Of a stretch of DNA of 64,000 nt, positions 18,365 to 29,459 are shown piece by piece (within the stretch, counting starts at the first letter, position 1; each line of letters starts with the position of its first letter). The DNA comes from Rubripirellula sp. Its GTDB lineage: Bacteria > Planctomycetota > Planctomycetia > Pirellulales > Pirellulaceae. The DNA is taken from NCBI GenBank assembly GCA_965216875.1, contig OZ244207.1, positions 3,392,001 through 3,456,000 of the forward strand, written 5' to 3'. A program made the translations under genes and the position numbers. The notes under the pieces were generated by a model that saw only the letters and a program-made list of their open reading frames with translations, had not been told where the DNA came from and searched no databases.

Positions 18365-21300
18365 TTAGCCTCGAGTGAGTGTTTCATCTAAGTTCAAAAT
18401 CATCTGTGCCACGACCGTCCACGCTGCATGTTCGGTGATGTCAATCGCTGCATCGCGATCCGATTGCCCGACCGCCAGAAACGCCTTGGCGTCTTCGGCG
18501 TTTGCAGCAAAGCGTTCGTGCTGTCGCTTCAAGACACCGGCCAAGATCTCCTTTTCGCGCGCCGTGGCGGAACGTGAAGTGGCCAATTGAAAGGCGAGTT
18601 CGATTCGTTGTTCCACATCCGTCTCGGATTGAATCAACCGTTGAGCAAACGCTCGTGCCGCCTCGACAAACTGAGGGTCGTTCAACGTGACCAGTGCTTG
18701 CAGCGGCGTGTTGGTACGAGCCCGTTTGACCACACACTTTTCTCGCGAGGGTGCGTCGAAGATCAACATATTCGGCATCGGCGCACTGCGTTTCCAATAG
18801 GTGTACATCGATTTGCGGTAGAGCTTGTCGCCCGAATCACGCTTGTAGCGAAGCCCACCGTTCAGGCTCACCTCGTTCCAGATGTTCGGGGGCTGGTACG
18901 GCTTTACACCGGGGCCACCCACCTGGTCCACCAAGAGTCCTGAAACGGCGAGCGCCGAGTCACGAATGAACTCACCCTGCAACCGGAATCGCGGGCTGCG
19001 TGAAAGCAGCACGTTTTCGGGATCGCTGGCAGTGTTTTCGGCACTTTGCCGCGAGCTTTGACGGTAGGTTTGCGACATCACAAACGTCTTAATCGTTCGC
19101 TTGACGTCCCAACCCGATTCGACGAAGTCGACGGCCAGCCAGTCGAGCAATTCGGGATGTGTCGGTGGTGTGCCCTGTGATCCAAAGTCGCCCGCCGTTC
19201 GCACGAGACCGCTGCCAAAGAACATTGTCCAGTAGCGGTTGATCGCTACGCGCGACGTCAACGGATGCTGCGGATCGACCAACCAGTTCGCAAGGCCTAG
19301 GCGGTTTGACGGCGCGTCGTCAGGCAATGCCGGAAGGGCTTGTGGCACACCGGCAGAGATCGGCTTGTCTTTCTTTGGCGAGTCGTACAGGCCACGATCC
19401 AAAACGTACGTCATCCGCATTTTGTCCGGGGCGTTGTCCGACATGATCATCGATGTCAGCTTCTTGCCTTCGAAGTCGTTCAATTCCTTTGTCGATTGAT
19501 CCACCGACTTACGTTTCTTCTGGTATTCCTTGTCTTCGCTCGCGAGATAGAAATTCGTGAGCGTCTCTTTCTGCTTATCTGACCGCTCGCTCGGTTCAAC
19601 GAGCAAGATTTCCTTAACCAGATCGCGTTTGGCGTGGGGCACTTCTTCGTCGCTGATCGCTCGATTGAAAATGCGAATGTCACTCACTTCTCCCTTCCAG
19701 AATCCGCCGCTTGAGCGACTTCCGATTTTGAAGGGGACTTTGGTTTCGATCGTGCCTTTGAGCGAATCGGCTTCGACTTTGTTTTCCGACAACTTGCCGT
19801 CAATAAAGATTTTGACTCCCGAGGCCTTTTGACTGCCGTCGTAGGTCAAGACCACGTGTTGCCAAGTGTTCGCCTTGAGTGCGTCTTTCGAGACGACCTT
19901 GATCGCGTCGTCAGACCACTTATTGATGATGTGTGCACCAACACTGCTACCTTGGACCCAAAAGTCGTAGCCACGGTAATGGTTGCCAACATCCATTCGC
20001 GAAAAAATCGACCCGCCCGCCTTGCCGTCGTACTTCAGCCAAGCGGCAAAAGTGAACGGCTTGTTGTGTTCGAGCGAGGTTGCCTCGTCGTTGCAGACGT
20101 AGGACGTGTTGCCGTCAAGCTGAATCGCTTTGTGGCCATCCCGTTCGGTCACCTTGTGTTTGCCACGTTCAAGCGTCGCCACACTGCCGGTGATCTCATT
20201 CTTGAGCGTTTGGTTTTCAACGCTGCTAAAGGAAAACCAATGCGCCAACCCGGGAACGTCTTTCGAGGATTCGCCACTATCGGCAAGCTTCGCTCGTCGC
20301 TCTGATGCCCATTTGGTGACTGCCTCATCGACCCCGGCAACATGTTTGTCGAGCGCACTCTGCTGCTTGGCGAGCTTCTCGCGGAGCTTGGCTATCCGCT
20401 GACTGCGTTCCTTCAAGTAGACCGACGAGACGACCTCAGTGCCGATCTCAACAATGGGCGATTGATTGCCATTGCGTGTCTGCATCCCGGGATCGGCCGT
20501 GTTGTTGAAGTAGGCATAGAACTTGTAGTACTCCTCCTGTGAAATGGGATCGTACTTGTGGTCGTGACACTGAGCGCACTCCATCGTCAACCCAAGCCAG
20601 ACTTTGCTGGTCGTCGCAACTCGGTCGACGACATATTCGACGCGAAGTTCTTCTGCGAATGCGCCACCTTCATCGCTGGTGGCATGGTTACGATTGAAAC
20701 CCGATGCAATCTTTTGTTCGGGTGTTGCGTTTGCAATCAGGTCACCGGCCAATTGTTCTTTGGTGAACTGATCGAATGGCATGTTCTTGTTGTACGCATT
20801 GATGACCCAATCCCGCCACGGCCACATGTCGCGAGGGCCGTCGGCATGCATCACGCTCGTGTCTCCGTAGCGAGCAGCATCAAGCCACGCGAGCGCCATC
20901 CGTTCGCCGTAGGCGTGCGAAGCGAGTAGCCGGTCGACGAGCGACTCATAGGCTGTGTCCAACCCGTCCGTTTCAACTTGCTTAAGAAAACGGTCAACCT
21001 CTTCGATCGTTGGTGGCAGACCGGTCAAATCATAAGTAAGACGCCGAATCAACGTACGTGGATCTGCCTGCTGCGAAAAACTAAGACCTTCGTCCTTCAG
21101 TCGCGTGCCGATGAAATGGTCGATCGGGTTGCGGTCGACGGTGTCACTTTCTTTGGTTGCCGGAACGAAAGCCCAGTGCTGTTGGTACTCGGCACCTTGC
21201 TCAATCCACTTGCGCAAGGTTTCTCGTTGCTCGTCGGTCAACTTCTTGTTGGTTTCCGGCGGTGGCATCACCAAATCGGAATCGTCCGTCATGATTCGCG

Positions 21301-21535
21301 CGATAAGCTCACTCTCATCCGGGCTGCCAGGATCGATCGCGCCGGAATCGATCGCCGCTTCACGCTCATCAAGACGCAAATCAGCGGCACGCGTCGATTC
21401 GGCCGGTCCGTGACACAGGTAGCAGTTGTCTGAAAGCAACTGTCGGATGTCACGGTTGAAATCAATCTCTTCGGACAACGCCGGCGCGGACAGACACGCA
21501 ACGACAACAACTGCTTTGAGGGCTCGATTGATCAT
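18365..21535 (-). CDS. DUF1549/DUF1553 planctomycete cytochrome c protein with LamG-like insert
   Basis: [69 protein letters not shown]; LamG-like [10 protein letters not shown]. Confidence 0.92.
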   Translation of the reverse strand: MINRALKAVVVVACLSAPALSEEIDFNRDIRQLLSDNCYLCHGPAESTRAADLRLDEREAAIDSGAIDPGSPDESELIARIMTDDSDLVMPPPETNKKLTDEQRETLRKWIEQGAEYQQHWAFVPATKESDTVDRNPIDHFIGTRLKDEGLSFSQQADPRTLIRRLTYDLTGLPPTIEEVDRFLKQVETDGLDTAYESLVDRLLASHAYGERMALAWLDAARYGDTSVMHADGPRDMWPWRDWVINAYNKNMPFDQFTKEQLAGDLIANATPEQKIASGFNRNHATSDEGGAFAEELRVEYVVDRVATTSKVWLGLTMECAQCHDHKYDPISQEEYYKFYAYFNNTADPGMQTRNGNQSPIVEIGTEVVSSVYLKERSQRIAKLREKLAKQQSALDKHVAGVDEAVTKWASERRAKLADSGESSKDVPGLAHWFSFSSVENQTLKNEITGSVATLERGKHKVTERDGHKAIQLDGNTSYVCNDEATSLEHNKPFTFAAWLKYDGKAGGSIFSRMDVGNHYRGYDFWVQGSSVGAHIINKWSDDAIKVVSKDALKANTWQHVVLTYDGSQKASGVKIFIDGKLSENKVEADSLKGTIETKVPFKIGSRSSGGFWKGEVSDIRIFNRAISDEEVPHAKRDLVKEILLVEPSERSDKQKETLTNFYLASEDKEYQKKRKSVDQSTKELNDFEGKKLTSMIMSDNAPDKMRMTYVLDRGLYDSPKKDKPISAGVPQALPALPDDAPSNRLGLANWLVDPQHPLTSRVAINRYWTMFFGSGLVRTAGDFGSQGTPPTHPELLDWLAVDFVESGWDVKRTIKTFVMSQTYRQSSRQSAENTASDPENVLLSRSPRFRLQGEFIRDSALAVSGLLVDQVGGPGVKPYQPPNIWNEVSLNGGLRYKRDSGDKLYRKSMYTYWKRSAPMPNMLIFDAPSREKCVVKRARTNTPLQALVTLNDPQFVEAARAFAQRLIQSETDVEQRIELAFQLATSRSATAREKEILAGVLKRQHERFAANAEDAKAFLAVGQSDRDAAIDITEHAAWTVVAQMILNLDETLTRG

Positions 21536-21814
21536 GAAAGCAGACAAACGAGGGAGGAAAAAGTGCTTGCGCACTTGGCTGGGGATTTGACGCCAGTGAT
21601 GGCGGGCTGTGGACCCACAGAATAGTCGGTTTTGCCGATTTCCTGAAGAATGGTCCGGCCGCGATTCACCCCCTCGGTCATCGCCCGTTCCGATTATCCG
21701 GGCATTTTTCTCACGATTGACGCTCCCATCTCGGGGCCCCTCCGATTGGCGAGAAACCGAGAAATGCGTCTTGGATCGGCTGCCGAAGCGATCATTTTTC
21801 GATTTGGAGTCGCA

Positions 21815-22660
21815 TCAGTCCTCTGTGCGCCCATCGGTCAGCGTTTTGGACTTCGAAAACAACCAACGAAACGTCTGGGCAGATGAATAGACTTTTCGGC
21901 TCGCCCCGTGACCTTCATCCGGATAGATCGTCAGCTTCGCATCTCGGCTCGGCGGAACCGTCGCATTGGCGCGAATCAACTCGACCATGCGCTCGCTGCG
22001 ATCCGCCGGCACCACGCGATCGTTCTTGCCATGAAATGCCCAAACGTGAATCCCCGAAAGCTGCTCGGCCCAATGTTCAAGTTCTGGTGTGATGTCTTTG
22101 GGTCCGCCTTTCCCCAAGCCACCAACGACCGGTGCGATTGCGGCAAAGCGTTCTGGCGAATGCGCTGCCCAACACCATGTCCCATAGCCGCCCATGCTGT
22201 TGCCGGTCAGATAGACTCGGTTGGTGTCGATTGGAAAGGTCTGCACGACGTGGTCTAAGAAGCGATCCAAGTCGCTGGGAAGCCAACTTGCAGGTGTTTC
22301 TTTTGTTCCCTGCAACGCTTGCGGAGCAACAAAAATCGCCGGCTCTCCGGCGTGCGTTTCCATCCCCATCAAGGCACCGCGGGCGATGCGGTGAACGCGT
22401 TGGATATCCTCGCCGCGTCCGCCTGCTCCATGCAAAAAGATGACCAACGGGTACTTCTTTTCTGAGGTCTTGGCGGAATCGTGATTGAGTTCCACCCCGG
22501 CAACCGAGAACTTGTTGTTGAGCAGCTGTGTCGATTGCGAAACCGAGTCAGGAAGGCTCTCGATCTCAAAATCGCTTGCACGTGCCGGCGATGGCGTGGC
22601 AAACACCCCAACCACCACACAAGCGAACACCCACCGAAGGGGAACAAGTTTGCTATTCAC
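21815..22660 (-). CDS. Exported alpha/beta hydrolase (esterase/peptidase-like)
   Basis: YPLVIFLHGAG, GNSMGG nucleophile elbow, FHGKNDRVV, EGH. Confidence 0.88.
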   Translation of the reverse strand: MNSKLVPLRWVFACVVVGVFATPSPARASDFEIESLPDSVSQSTQLLNNKFSVAGVELNHDSAKTSEKKYPLVIFLHGAGGRGEDIQRVHRIARGALMGMETHAGEPAIFVAPQALQGTKETPASWLPSDLDRFLDHVVQTFPIDTNRVYLTGNSMGGYGTWCWAAHSPERFAAIAPVVGGLGKGGPKDITPELEHWAEQLSGIHVWAFHGKNDRVVPADRSERMVELIRANATVPPSRDAKLTIYPDEGHGASRKVYSSAQTFRWLFSKSKTLTDGRTED

Positions 22661-22847
22661 CGTGACTCTCTCAAACAGAATTGCGTTTCAAAGTTACCAA
22701 GCAACGCCCCTTTTTACATCTAGCTGAACTGTTCACCGTGTACCGGCAGTCAAAATCAAGCATAATGGAGCATCGTCATCAACGAATGAACGATGCCGAT
22801 GTTTTTCGGTACCCACCCACCTGCTGCCACCACCCGCCTGGAAACTC

Positions 22848-24884
22848 ATGCAACGTTTCCTCTTGAATTCGTGCATCGCGATCTCGGTACAGATCGTTAC
22901 AGCAAACCACTGTCTCGCTGAGCGCGATGGTCCAGGCGAACTCAAGATCATCAAGGCAACGCAGCAATACTGTGTCTCCTGTCACGGCGAAGACGACTTT
23001 GTTGTAGGTGACGTCGATCTTTCAAAGATCACATCGGACACATTGCGCACCGATGCCGAACTCACCAAGAAGCTGTTGCATGTCTTGGACACGCGGGAAA
23101 TGCCTCCCGAAGAGGAGCCGCAACTCGGATCCGAATTGCGAAAAGCGATCATCGCGGAATTGGAACCAGTCTTGCACGAAGCGGCCAGAAATGCGGACGA
23201 CATACCGCGTGCTCCGATTCGCCGCATGAATCGCTTTCAATACAACAACGCCGTCATCGATCTCTTTGAGCTGCGTTGCATTGTGTTCACTCTGCCAGAA
23301 CGAGCGATGCGGATTCACGGCAGCTATTTCCAACCCGCTTCGGAAAAGATGCCCGATTCGGTCGCTGTCGGAAATCGGCCGCTTGGCAAGTCGCAGATGA
23401 TCGAACCACGTCTTGCGGGCGTCGCAGCCTTTCCACAGGACTTGCGAGCCGAGCACGGCTACGACAACCGCGGCGATCATCTTTCACTCTCCCCGCTCCT
23501 GATGGACGAGTTCCTGAGGCTTGGACACTCGATCACGCAAAGCCCCGACTTTGTTCCTAAGCAGGTTGGCATTTGGAAAGCCTTCTTTGCTCCGCCGAAA
23601 GAGAAGGCCAATGTGCGACGCGTGGTGCGTAGTCGTTTGCGGCCGTTCTTGACCAAAGCGTTCCGTCGTCCGGCGACCAATGACTTGGTTGACCGCTACA
23701 CATCCTTTGCGATGACCAAGATGGACGAGGGGACGGGATTCACCGAGGCAATGAAGCTTGTTGCCGCAGCCACCATTTCATCGCCTCGATTCCTTTACCT
23801 TTACGATCGCGTCGATGATGAAAGAACGATCGACGACCACGAACTCGCATCGCGTCTGTCTTTCTTTCTTTGGGGAAGCCTTCCCGATCAAGGACTGATG
23901 ACACTCGCCAAGCAAGGCAAACTCAGCAACGCAGACACACTTGTCGCCGAAACCGATCGCCTTCTGCGTGACAAGAAGCTCAAGCGATTTTGCGACGGCT
24001 TCCCATCGCAATGGCTCCAGCTCGATCGCATCGTGTCGTCGATCCCCGACCGGGAACGGTTTCCCAAATTCTATTTCTCGAAGTACCGGCTCAGCATGCA
24101 CATGATGCTCGAACCCTTGTTGCTTTTTGAAACCGTTCTGATCGAAGATCTGCCGATCACCCAGTTGATCGATTCTGATTTCACCTACCGGTCTGCCAAG
24201 CTCGAACAGGCATATGGCGAATTAGGGAACAAGAACCCCGGCAAGTCGACCGGGGGCGGCGTCACGGTGTTGACCTTTCACCGCATTCCCGTCGAAGACC
24301 AACGCAGTGGTGGCGTGATCACGAATGCCGCCGTGATGACGATGACGTCGGGCCCCGAACGAACTCAGCCGATCACGCGTGGTGCATGGATTGCGGGTGT
24401 GATCTTTAACGACCCACCAGAACCGCCTCCGGCCGATGTCCCGCCACTTTCAGAAAAGCCTGACGAAGGTGAAGAGAACATGACGCTACGTCAGCGTCTG
24501 TCGGCCCACCGTCAGCGATCCGACTGCAAGGGCTGTCACGAGCAGATCGATCCGCTCGGGTTCGCACTGGAAAACTACGGTCCGATCGGTGGTTGGCGTG
24601 AAACGTACGAAAGCGGACTTTCGGTTGACGCATCTGGCAAACTCTTCCGCGAGCATGCGTTTTCGGGGCCAGTTGAATTCAAGCAGGCGATCCTAGCCGA
24701 GAAAGATCGCTTTGCCCGCGCGTTGGCTGCACACCTGATGTCCTACGCACTCGCTCGCCCCTTGGGCCCTGCGGATGAAGCAGCGCTCGATACGATCGTC
24801 TCGGCAGTCGCCGACGACGGCTACAAAATGAAAACGTTGATCAAACAAATCATTCTTAGTGAACCGTTTCGATCGAAATCATGA
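22848..24884 (+). CDS. DUF1592/DUF1588-type planctomycete cytochrome c domain protein
   Basis: CVSCH and CKGCH; RRMNRFQYNN, ELASRLSFFLW, PITRGAW. Confidence 0.9.
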   Translation: MQRFLLNSCIAISVQIVTANHCLAERDGPGELKIIKATQQYCVSCHGEDDFVVGDVDLSKITSDTLRTDAELTKKLLHVLDTREMPPEEEPQLGSELRKAIIAELEPVLHEAARNADDIPRAPIRRMNRFQYNNAVIDLFELRCIVFTLPERAMRIHGSYFQPASEKMPDSVAVGNRPLGKSQMIEPRLAGVAAFPQDLRAEHGYDNRGDHLSLSPLLMDEFLRLGHSITQSPDFVPKQVGIWKAFFAPPKEKANVRRVVRSRLRPFLTKAFRRPATNDLVDRYTSFAMTKMDEGTGFTEAMKLVAAATISSPRFLYLYDRVDDERTIDDHELASRLSFFLWGSLPDQGLMTLAKQGKLSNADTLVAETDRLLRDKKLKRFCDGFPSQWLQLDRIVSSIPDRERFPKFYFSKYRLSMHMMLEPLLLFETVLIEDLPITQLIDSDFTYRSAKLEQAYGELGNKNPGKSTGGGVTVLTFHRIPVEDQRSGGVITNAAVMTMTSGPERTQPITRGAWIAGVIFNDPPEPPPADVPPLSEKPDEGEENMTLRQRLSAHRQRSDCKGCHEQIDPLGFALENYGPIGGWRETYESGLSVDASGKLFREHAFSGPVEFKQAILAEKDRFARALAAHLMSYALARPLGPADEAALDTIVSAVADDGYKMKTLIKQIILSEPFRSKS

Positions 24885-26221
24885 AACCGAATCGACGACA
24901 GTTTTTGCGTGGTGTTGGCGGCAGCGTCATGGCGTTGCCCTGCCTCGAGAGCTTCGCTGACACAAGCGGCAAGCAACCTTCACTACGTATGGCTCACTTT
25001 TACGTCCCGATCGGCGTAGTGCGCCGGGGGTTCTTTCCAGGTGAAGCCGACCACGTGATTCCCAAGGGCAACTTGGGTAACGTGATGAAGTCGCTTGGCA
25101 AGCAAGACCCGAATCCTTTTGTGCGGCCCCTCGATGCATTGACGCCGACCATGCAACCCCTTGCCGGTCTGGAACAACACTTCAACCTGATCACAGGAAT
25201 GGACCGTGTTTTTCAACAGGGGACCGATGTGCACGCGCAATGCGCATCCTGTTATTTGAGCAGCGCCAAGCCTTACACGATCGAAGGAACTGCTTGGCCG
25301 CTCGATCGAACGCTCGACCATATCGTCGCCGATCGCGTTGGGCAGTCGACTCCGTTTCGCACGTTGGAATTCAGTTGCAACAGTCATCGCGACAATAAAG
25401 AGTCGATCTACTTTGACAACATCTCCTGGTTTGGGACGGGACACCTTGCGCCGTCCATTCGCGACCCTCGCAAGATGTATCGGCGTCTCTTTTCGACCCA
25501 GCAAGCGAGCCAATTCCGAGATGTCACAAGCCTTGTCCTTGAAGACGCAAGGTCGCTTCAAAAAGAACTCGGCGCTTCTGACCAACAAAAGTTTGCCGAG
25601 TATTTTGACGCAATCCGAGCCATCGAAATCCAGATGGATCGTCTCGAGAAAATGCGTTCAGAGCTTTCCCAAGTTGCATTTGACGAACCACCCGAGGCCT
25701 ACCTTCCGCGCGGCGACTACATCCGGCTGATGGGCGACTTGATGGTGACCGCGCTTCAGACCGGCCTGACGAATGTCGCCACGTTTATGGTTGGCCCCGA
25801 ACGTTGGGACACACCCTACCTGTTTGATGGCCTGTTTGATTCGCCACGCAGCCATCATCAAATGTCTCACAACCAAACGAAGATGATTGAGGACCTGTTG
25901 CAGGTGGATCGTTTTCATATGGAACAGTTCGCCTATCTCGCTGGGCGAATGAAAGAGATCAAGGAAGCCGATGGATCAACCTTGCTTGACAACACGTTGT
26001 TCACGTACGGCTCGGGCCTAGGAGACGGGTCGACCCACCAATACAACGACCTGCCTATCATCATGGCTGGCGGTGGCAAACGCGTAAAAACCGGCTTGCA
26101 CATCAACTTGGCCGAAGGGACGCCGCTGGCGAACCTCTGGCTGACCCAAGCCCAGATGCTCGGCCTCGCGATCGATGGGTTTGCCGACAGCACCGGCACC
26201 GTCGACGACATTCGGGTTTAA
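24881..26221 (+). CDS. DUF1552 domain protein
   Basis: NRRQFLRGVGG..ALPCLES; TLLDNTLFTYGSG; PLANLW; ATGA overlap with the upstream gene. Confidence 0.9.
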   Translation: MKPNRRQFLRGVGGSVMALPCLESFADTSGKQPSLRMAHFYVPIGVVRRGFFPGEADHVIPKGNLGNVMKSLGKQDPNPFVRPLDALTPTMQPLAGLEQHFNLITGMDRVFQQGTDVHAQCASCYLSSAKPYTIEGTAWPLDRTLDHIVADRVGQSTPFRTLEFSCNSHRDNKESIYFDNISWFGTGHLAPSIRDPRKMYRRLFSTQQASQFRDVTSLVLEDARSLQKELGASDQQKFAEYFDAIRAIEIQMDRLEKMRSELSQVAFDEPPEAYLPRGDYIRLMGDLMVTALQTGLTNVATFMVGPERWDTPYLFDGLFDSPRSHHQMSHNQTKMIEDLLQVDRFHMEQFAYLAGRMKEIKEADGSTLLDNTLFTYGSGLGDGSTHQYNDLPIIMAGGGKRVKTGLHINLAEGTPLANLWLTQAQMLGLAIDGFADSTGTVDDIRV

Positions 26222-26395
26222 AGAGCAACAGTGCCGGATCCGCGCAAGCGACATCTCGGCGCAACCGCTACAACCTGAACTCAAGTCGCCAGTGGCCTGA
26301 AAACTATCCCTATTGCGTGCCGACACCCCCCGGGGGAACGGCCTAGGTTGAAGTCAGGGGCCGAAGAGTTTGACTATTCCAGCGTGACTTGCGAC

Positions 26396-29236
26396 ATGCG
26401 CGCCTCCTTCCAGCGAATCTGGCACACTTGCCTCTGCTATGCCGACGAGGCTGTCGCGCGCTCGGTCGGTGCCTTGAGGGCCGCAGAAGATTCCAACCAA
26501 CTTCAAGTTTCAACGCTTGAACATCGGGTCCTTTTTAGCGCTACCCCGATTGATCCATCGCTCGTCGTCGATGCCGCCGAAACTGGCGATCAAGACGACA
26601 CCTCTACTGCGGAACAGGAAGAGGTATCCGCACCGCGCACCGATGTCGGTTCGCTCTCGGCCTCCGAACTGCTCGTGATCGACCCGTCCGTTCCCGACCT
26701 CCAGGCTTTACTTGACGATTTGCACCAGTCAGGGCGTGACCTCGAGGTGGTTGTGCTCGATGCCGATCGCGACGGAATTGAGCAGATCACAGAACTTCTT
26801 GACCGAAATTCGAATGTCGACGCGCTTCACATCGTTTCGCATTCCAATGAAAGTTCCGTTCGACTGGGCACAAGCGTTCTGAACCAGCAAGGAATCAGTG
26901 GCTACGCTGGACAGATCGCTGGTTGGCAAGATCACCTCAACCTTGATGCCGACATTCTTTTTTACGGCTGCGATCTTGCAAGCGGCATCGAAGGTCGCCA
27001 GCTGCTTGATTCCGTCGCCGCATTGACCTCGGCCGACGTTGCTGCGAGTGATGACGTGACCGGTCACCGTGATCTTGGCGGCGACTGGGAATTGGAACAC
27101 ACACTTGGCCAAATCGAAACGCAAATCGCGTTTTCTGAGCAACTGCAAACAACCTGGACTCACACACTGCCAACCTTTGCGCCCACGGTTGGACTCTCTG
27201 GTCCGGTCAATTTCACCGAAGACCTAGGACCTGTCTTGATCAGCCCGACCGCTTCGGTTGGCGACGTCGATTCGCCCCATTTCAGCGGCGGCTCACTCGT
27301 GATCGACATTCACGATGCCAACGGGACGGCCGATGACTGGTTGGGGATTCGCAACGTTGGACCGGGCGTTGGTGAAATCCACGTCACAGGTGGCAACCTG
27401 ATTCACTACAACGGCGACGCGACTCCCTTTGCCTTCTTCACGGGTGGAATCGGCGCGGCCTCCCCTATGGTGATCACGTTCGCCAACGCCGGTGCAACGC
27501 AAGCGGCCGTCGAACGGCTGATCGAAAACATCGGTTTCGTCAACAACTCCGACGCGCCGGGCACACTCGATCGGACAATCGAATTCGTTCTGACCGATGC
27601 CGATGGCAACTCCAACACGCCGGTCGCCTCGAGCCTGAGTGTGACGCCACAAAACGACGCGCCGACGGGCGGTGTCTCGATCAACGGCTCGCCGGTTGAA
27701 CAACTCCAACTCAGCGCGTCGAACAACCTGAGCGATGTCGACGGCATGACGGGATCGACCGTTACGTACCAATGGAAGCGCAACGGCGTCGACATTTCGG
27801 GCGCCACTGGTGACACCTACACGCTTGTCGCCGACGACATCGGAACCATGATCAGCGTCACGGCGACCTACTTCGATGACTCGGGTTTCGAAAACAACGT
27901 CGATAGCGGTTCGGTTGGGCCTGTGACGGCAAATCAGACGATTGGCGCGTTGGTCGACAGCAATGGCACCCGCAACTCCGTGAACGAAAACGCTGGGATT
28001 GGAACCCAAGTCGGCGTCATCGGTTTTGCGAATGATCCTGACAGCACGGTGACCTATTCGTTGATCGACGATGATGATGGAAGGTTCTCGATTGATCACA
28101 ACACGGGTGTTGTCTCGGTCGCATCATCAATGAATCGCGAGGCAATTGATCCGACCCGGTCGATCACCATCCGCGCACTTTCGTCCGATGGCTCATCGTC
28201 TCAAGAGACGTTTCAGATCAACCTCACTGATGTTGATGAGTTCGATGTCAGTTCAATCAGCGACACCAAGAACGGCAAGAATCGCGTGCAGGCGAATTCG
28301 CCAACCGGCACGAGTGTTCGGATTCGGGCCCAGGCTTCCGACGCTGATGCCACCAACAACACCATCACCTATTCGCTTGATGACGATTCCGACGGACGCT
28401 TCTATATCGAACCGACCACCGGAATCGTTCGCGTCCAAGATGGCTCGCGACTTGATCCGGCGGAAGCCAAGTTTGTTGCCGTGACGGTACGAGCGACAAG
28501 CAGCGACGGCAGTTTCTCGACAAAGCAATTCTGGATCAAAATCAAACCGGCCCCCGGTGCCGCCGAAACGAAACTCGAGTCCGAACCAAAACCGGCCGAG
28601 GCAGAAACGGAGCCAGAAGTCGAAACCGACGAGCCGAGCGACATCAAAGAGACAGGCAAACCGGCTCCACTCGTTGGAATTGACCCGAGTGGCTCAGGTG
28701 GACGTGGCAACAGTGCCGACAGCGGTGACGATGACGAACTGGACGCATTGATTGTTCGCCAAACGGCTGGCGAAGTGTTCCTTGCAAGCGCCAATCACGT
28801 CTACCAATCCGTTTCCAAAACACAGAGCTCGTTGGACGCCGCCGACCATCAGATCCGCCAAGCAGCAACCAGCCGAATCACCCAGGCGGTCGCCAGCACA
28901 GGCATCAGCAACGCTCTCGCGATCAGCGAGCTTGATTACGCATTGATCAGCGGCGAAGGGGCAATGTGGGAACAAATGGATTCAAGTCGCGAAGCGATCG
29001 AATTGCACATTCGCGGCGATTTCGTTGCCGCTGGCGTCGCTGGTGCAGCCGCATCAAGCGTGACCGTTGGCTATGTCGCCTGGGCCATACGCAGTGGCTT
29101 TGTGTTGTCAGGCATGTTGGCTCAAATGCCGGCCTGGCAATCGGTCGACCCGTTGATGGTGATGCAGAACATCGGCAACAACCGCGAAACGCTCGAGCAG
29201 ATGATGGAACGTCGAGCGAAGAAGCTTAAGAGCTAA
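26396..29236 (+). CDS. LEPRxLL / DUF4347 / cadherin-domain surface protein
   Basis: LEHRVLFSA; DUF4347 (LHIVSH, DILFYGCDLA, DVAASDDVTG, GGDWELE); two cadherin-like repeats (VNENA..GT.VG...TYSL..D.DGRF.ID..TG); hydrophobic C-terminal motif. Confidence 0.88.
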   Translation: MRASFQRIWHTCLCYADEAVARSVGALRAAEDSNQLQVSTLEHRVLFSATPIDPSLVVDAAETGDQDDTSTAEQEEVSAPRTDVGSLSASELLVIDPSVPDLQALLDDLHQSGRDLEVVVLDADRDGIEQITELLDRNSNVDALHIVSHSNESSVRLGTSVLNQQGISGYAGQIAGWQDHLNLDADILFYGCDLASGIEGRQLLDSVAALTSADVAASDDVTGHRDLGGDWELEHTLGQIETQIAFSEQLQTTWTHTLPTFAPTVGLSGPVNFTEDLGPVLISPTASVGDVDSPHFSGGSLVIDIHDANGTADDWLGIRNVGPGVGEIHVTGGNLIHYNGDATPFAFFTGGIGAASPMVITFANAGATQAAVERLIENIGFVNNSDAPGTLDRTIEFVLTDADGNSNTPVASSLSVTPQNDAPTGGVSINGSPVEQLQLSASNNLSDVDGMTGSTVTYQWKRNGVDISGATGDTYTLVADDIGTMISVTATYFDDSGFENNVDSGSVGPVTANQTIGALVDSNGTRNSVNENAGIGTQVGVIGFANDPDSTVTYSLIDDDDGRFSIDHNTGVVSVASSMNREAIDPTRSITIRALSSDGSSSQETFQINLTDVDEFDVSSISDTKNGKNRVQANSPTGTSVRIRAQASDADATNNTITYSLDDDSDGRFYIEPTTGIVRVQDGSRLDPAEAKFVAVTVRATSSDGSFSTKQFWIKIKPAPGAAETKLESEPKPAEAETEPEVETDEPSDIKETGKPAPLVGIDPSGSGGRGNSADSGDDDELDALIVRQTAGEVFLASANHVYQSVSKTQSSLDAADHQIRQAATSRITQAVASTGISNALAISELDYALISGEGAMWEQMDSSREAIELHIRGDFVAAGVAGAAASSVTVGYVAWAIRSGFVLSGMLAQMPAWQSVDPLMVMQNIGNNRETLEQMMERRAKKLKS

Positions 29237-29241
29237 GTCGC

Positions 29242-29448
29242 CGTAGCTACGCTCGCCAGAGCGTGGAGTAATTGCCAGCGGCTTAACAACGCGAACCACC
29301 TTCTGGCGAAGGTAGCTACGATCGGTCGCCCGTTCGTAGTACCGGCTTCAGCCGGATTCTTCAACCTCTTTCCGCCTAAAGGCGGGACTACGAACGGCGC
29401 GGTTTTTGAACTGTAACTCCGAACCAACTTCTGGCGAAGGTAGTTACG
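29242..29448. repeat. REP cluster: family E REPIN (29242-29320), family F REPIN (29332-29395), solo E arm (29424-29448)
   Basis: GTAGCTACGCTCGCCAGAGCGTGG...CCACCTTCTGGCGAAGGTAGCTAC; GTTCGTAGT...ACTACGAAC with two internal hairpins. Confidence 0.88.
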
Positions 29449-29459
29449 TCACCAACAGG

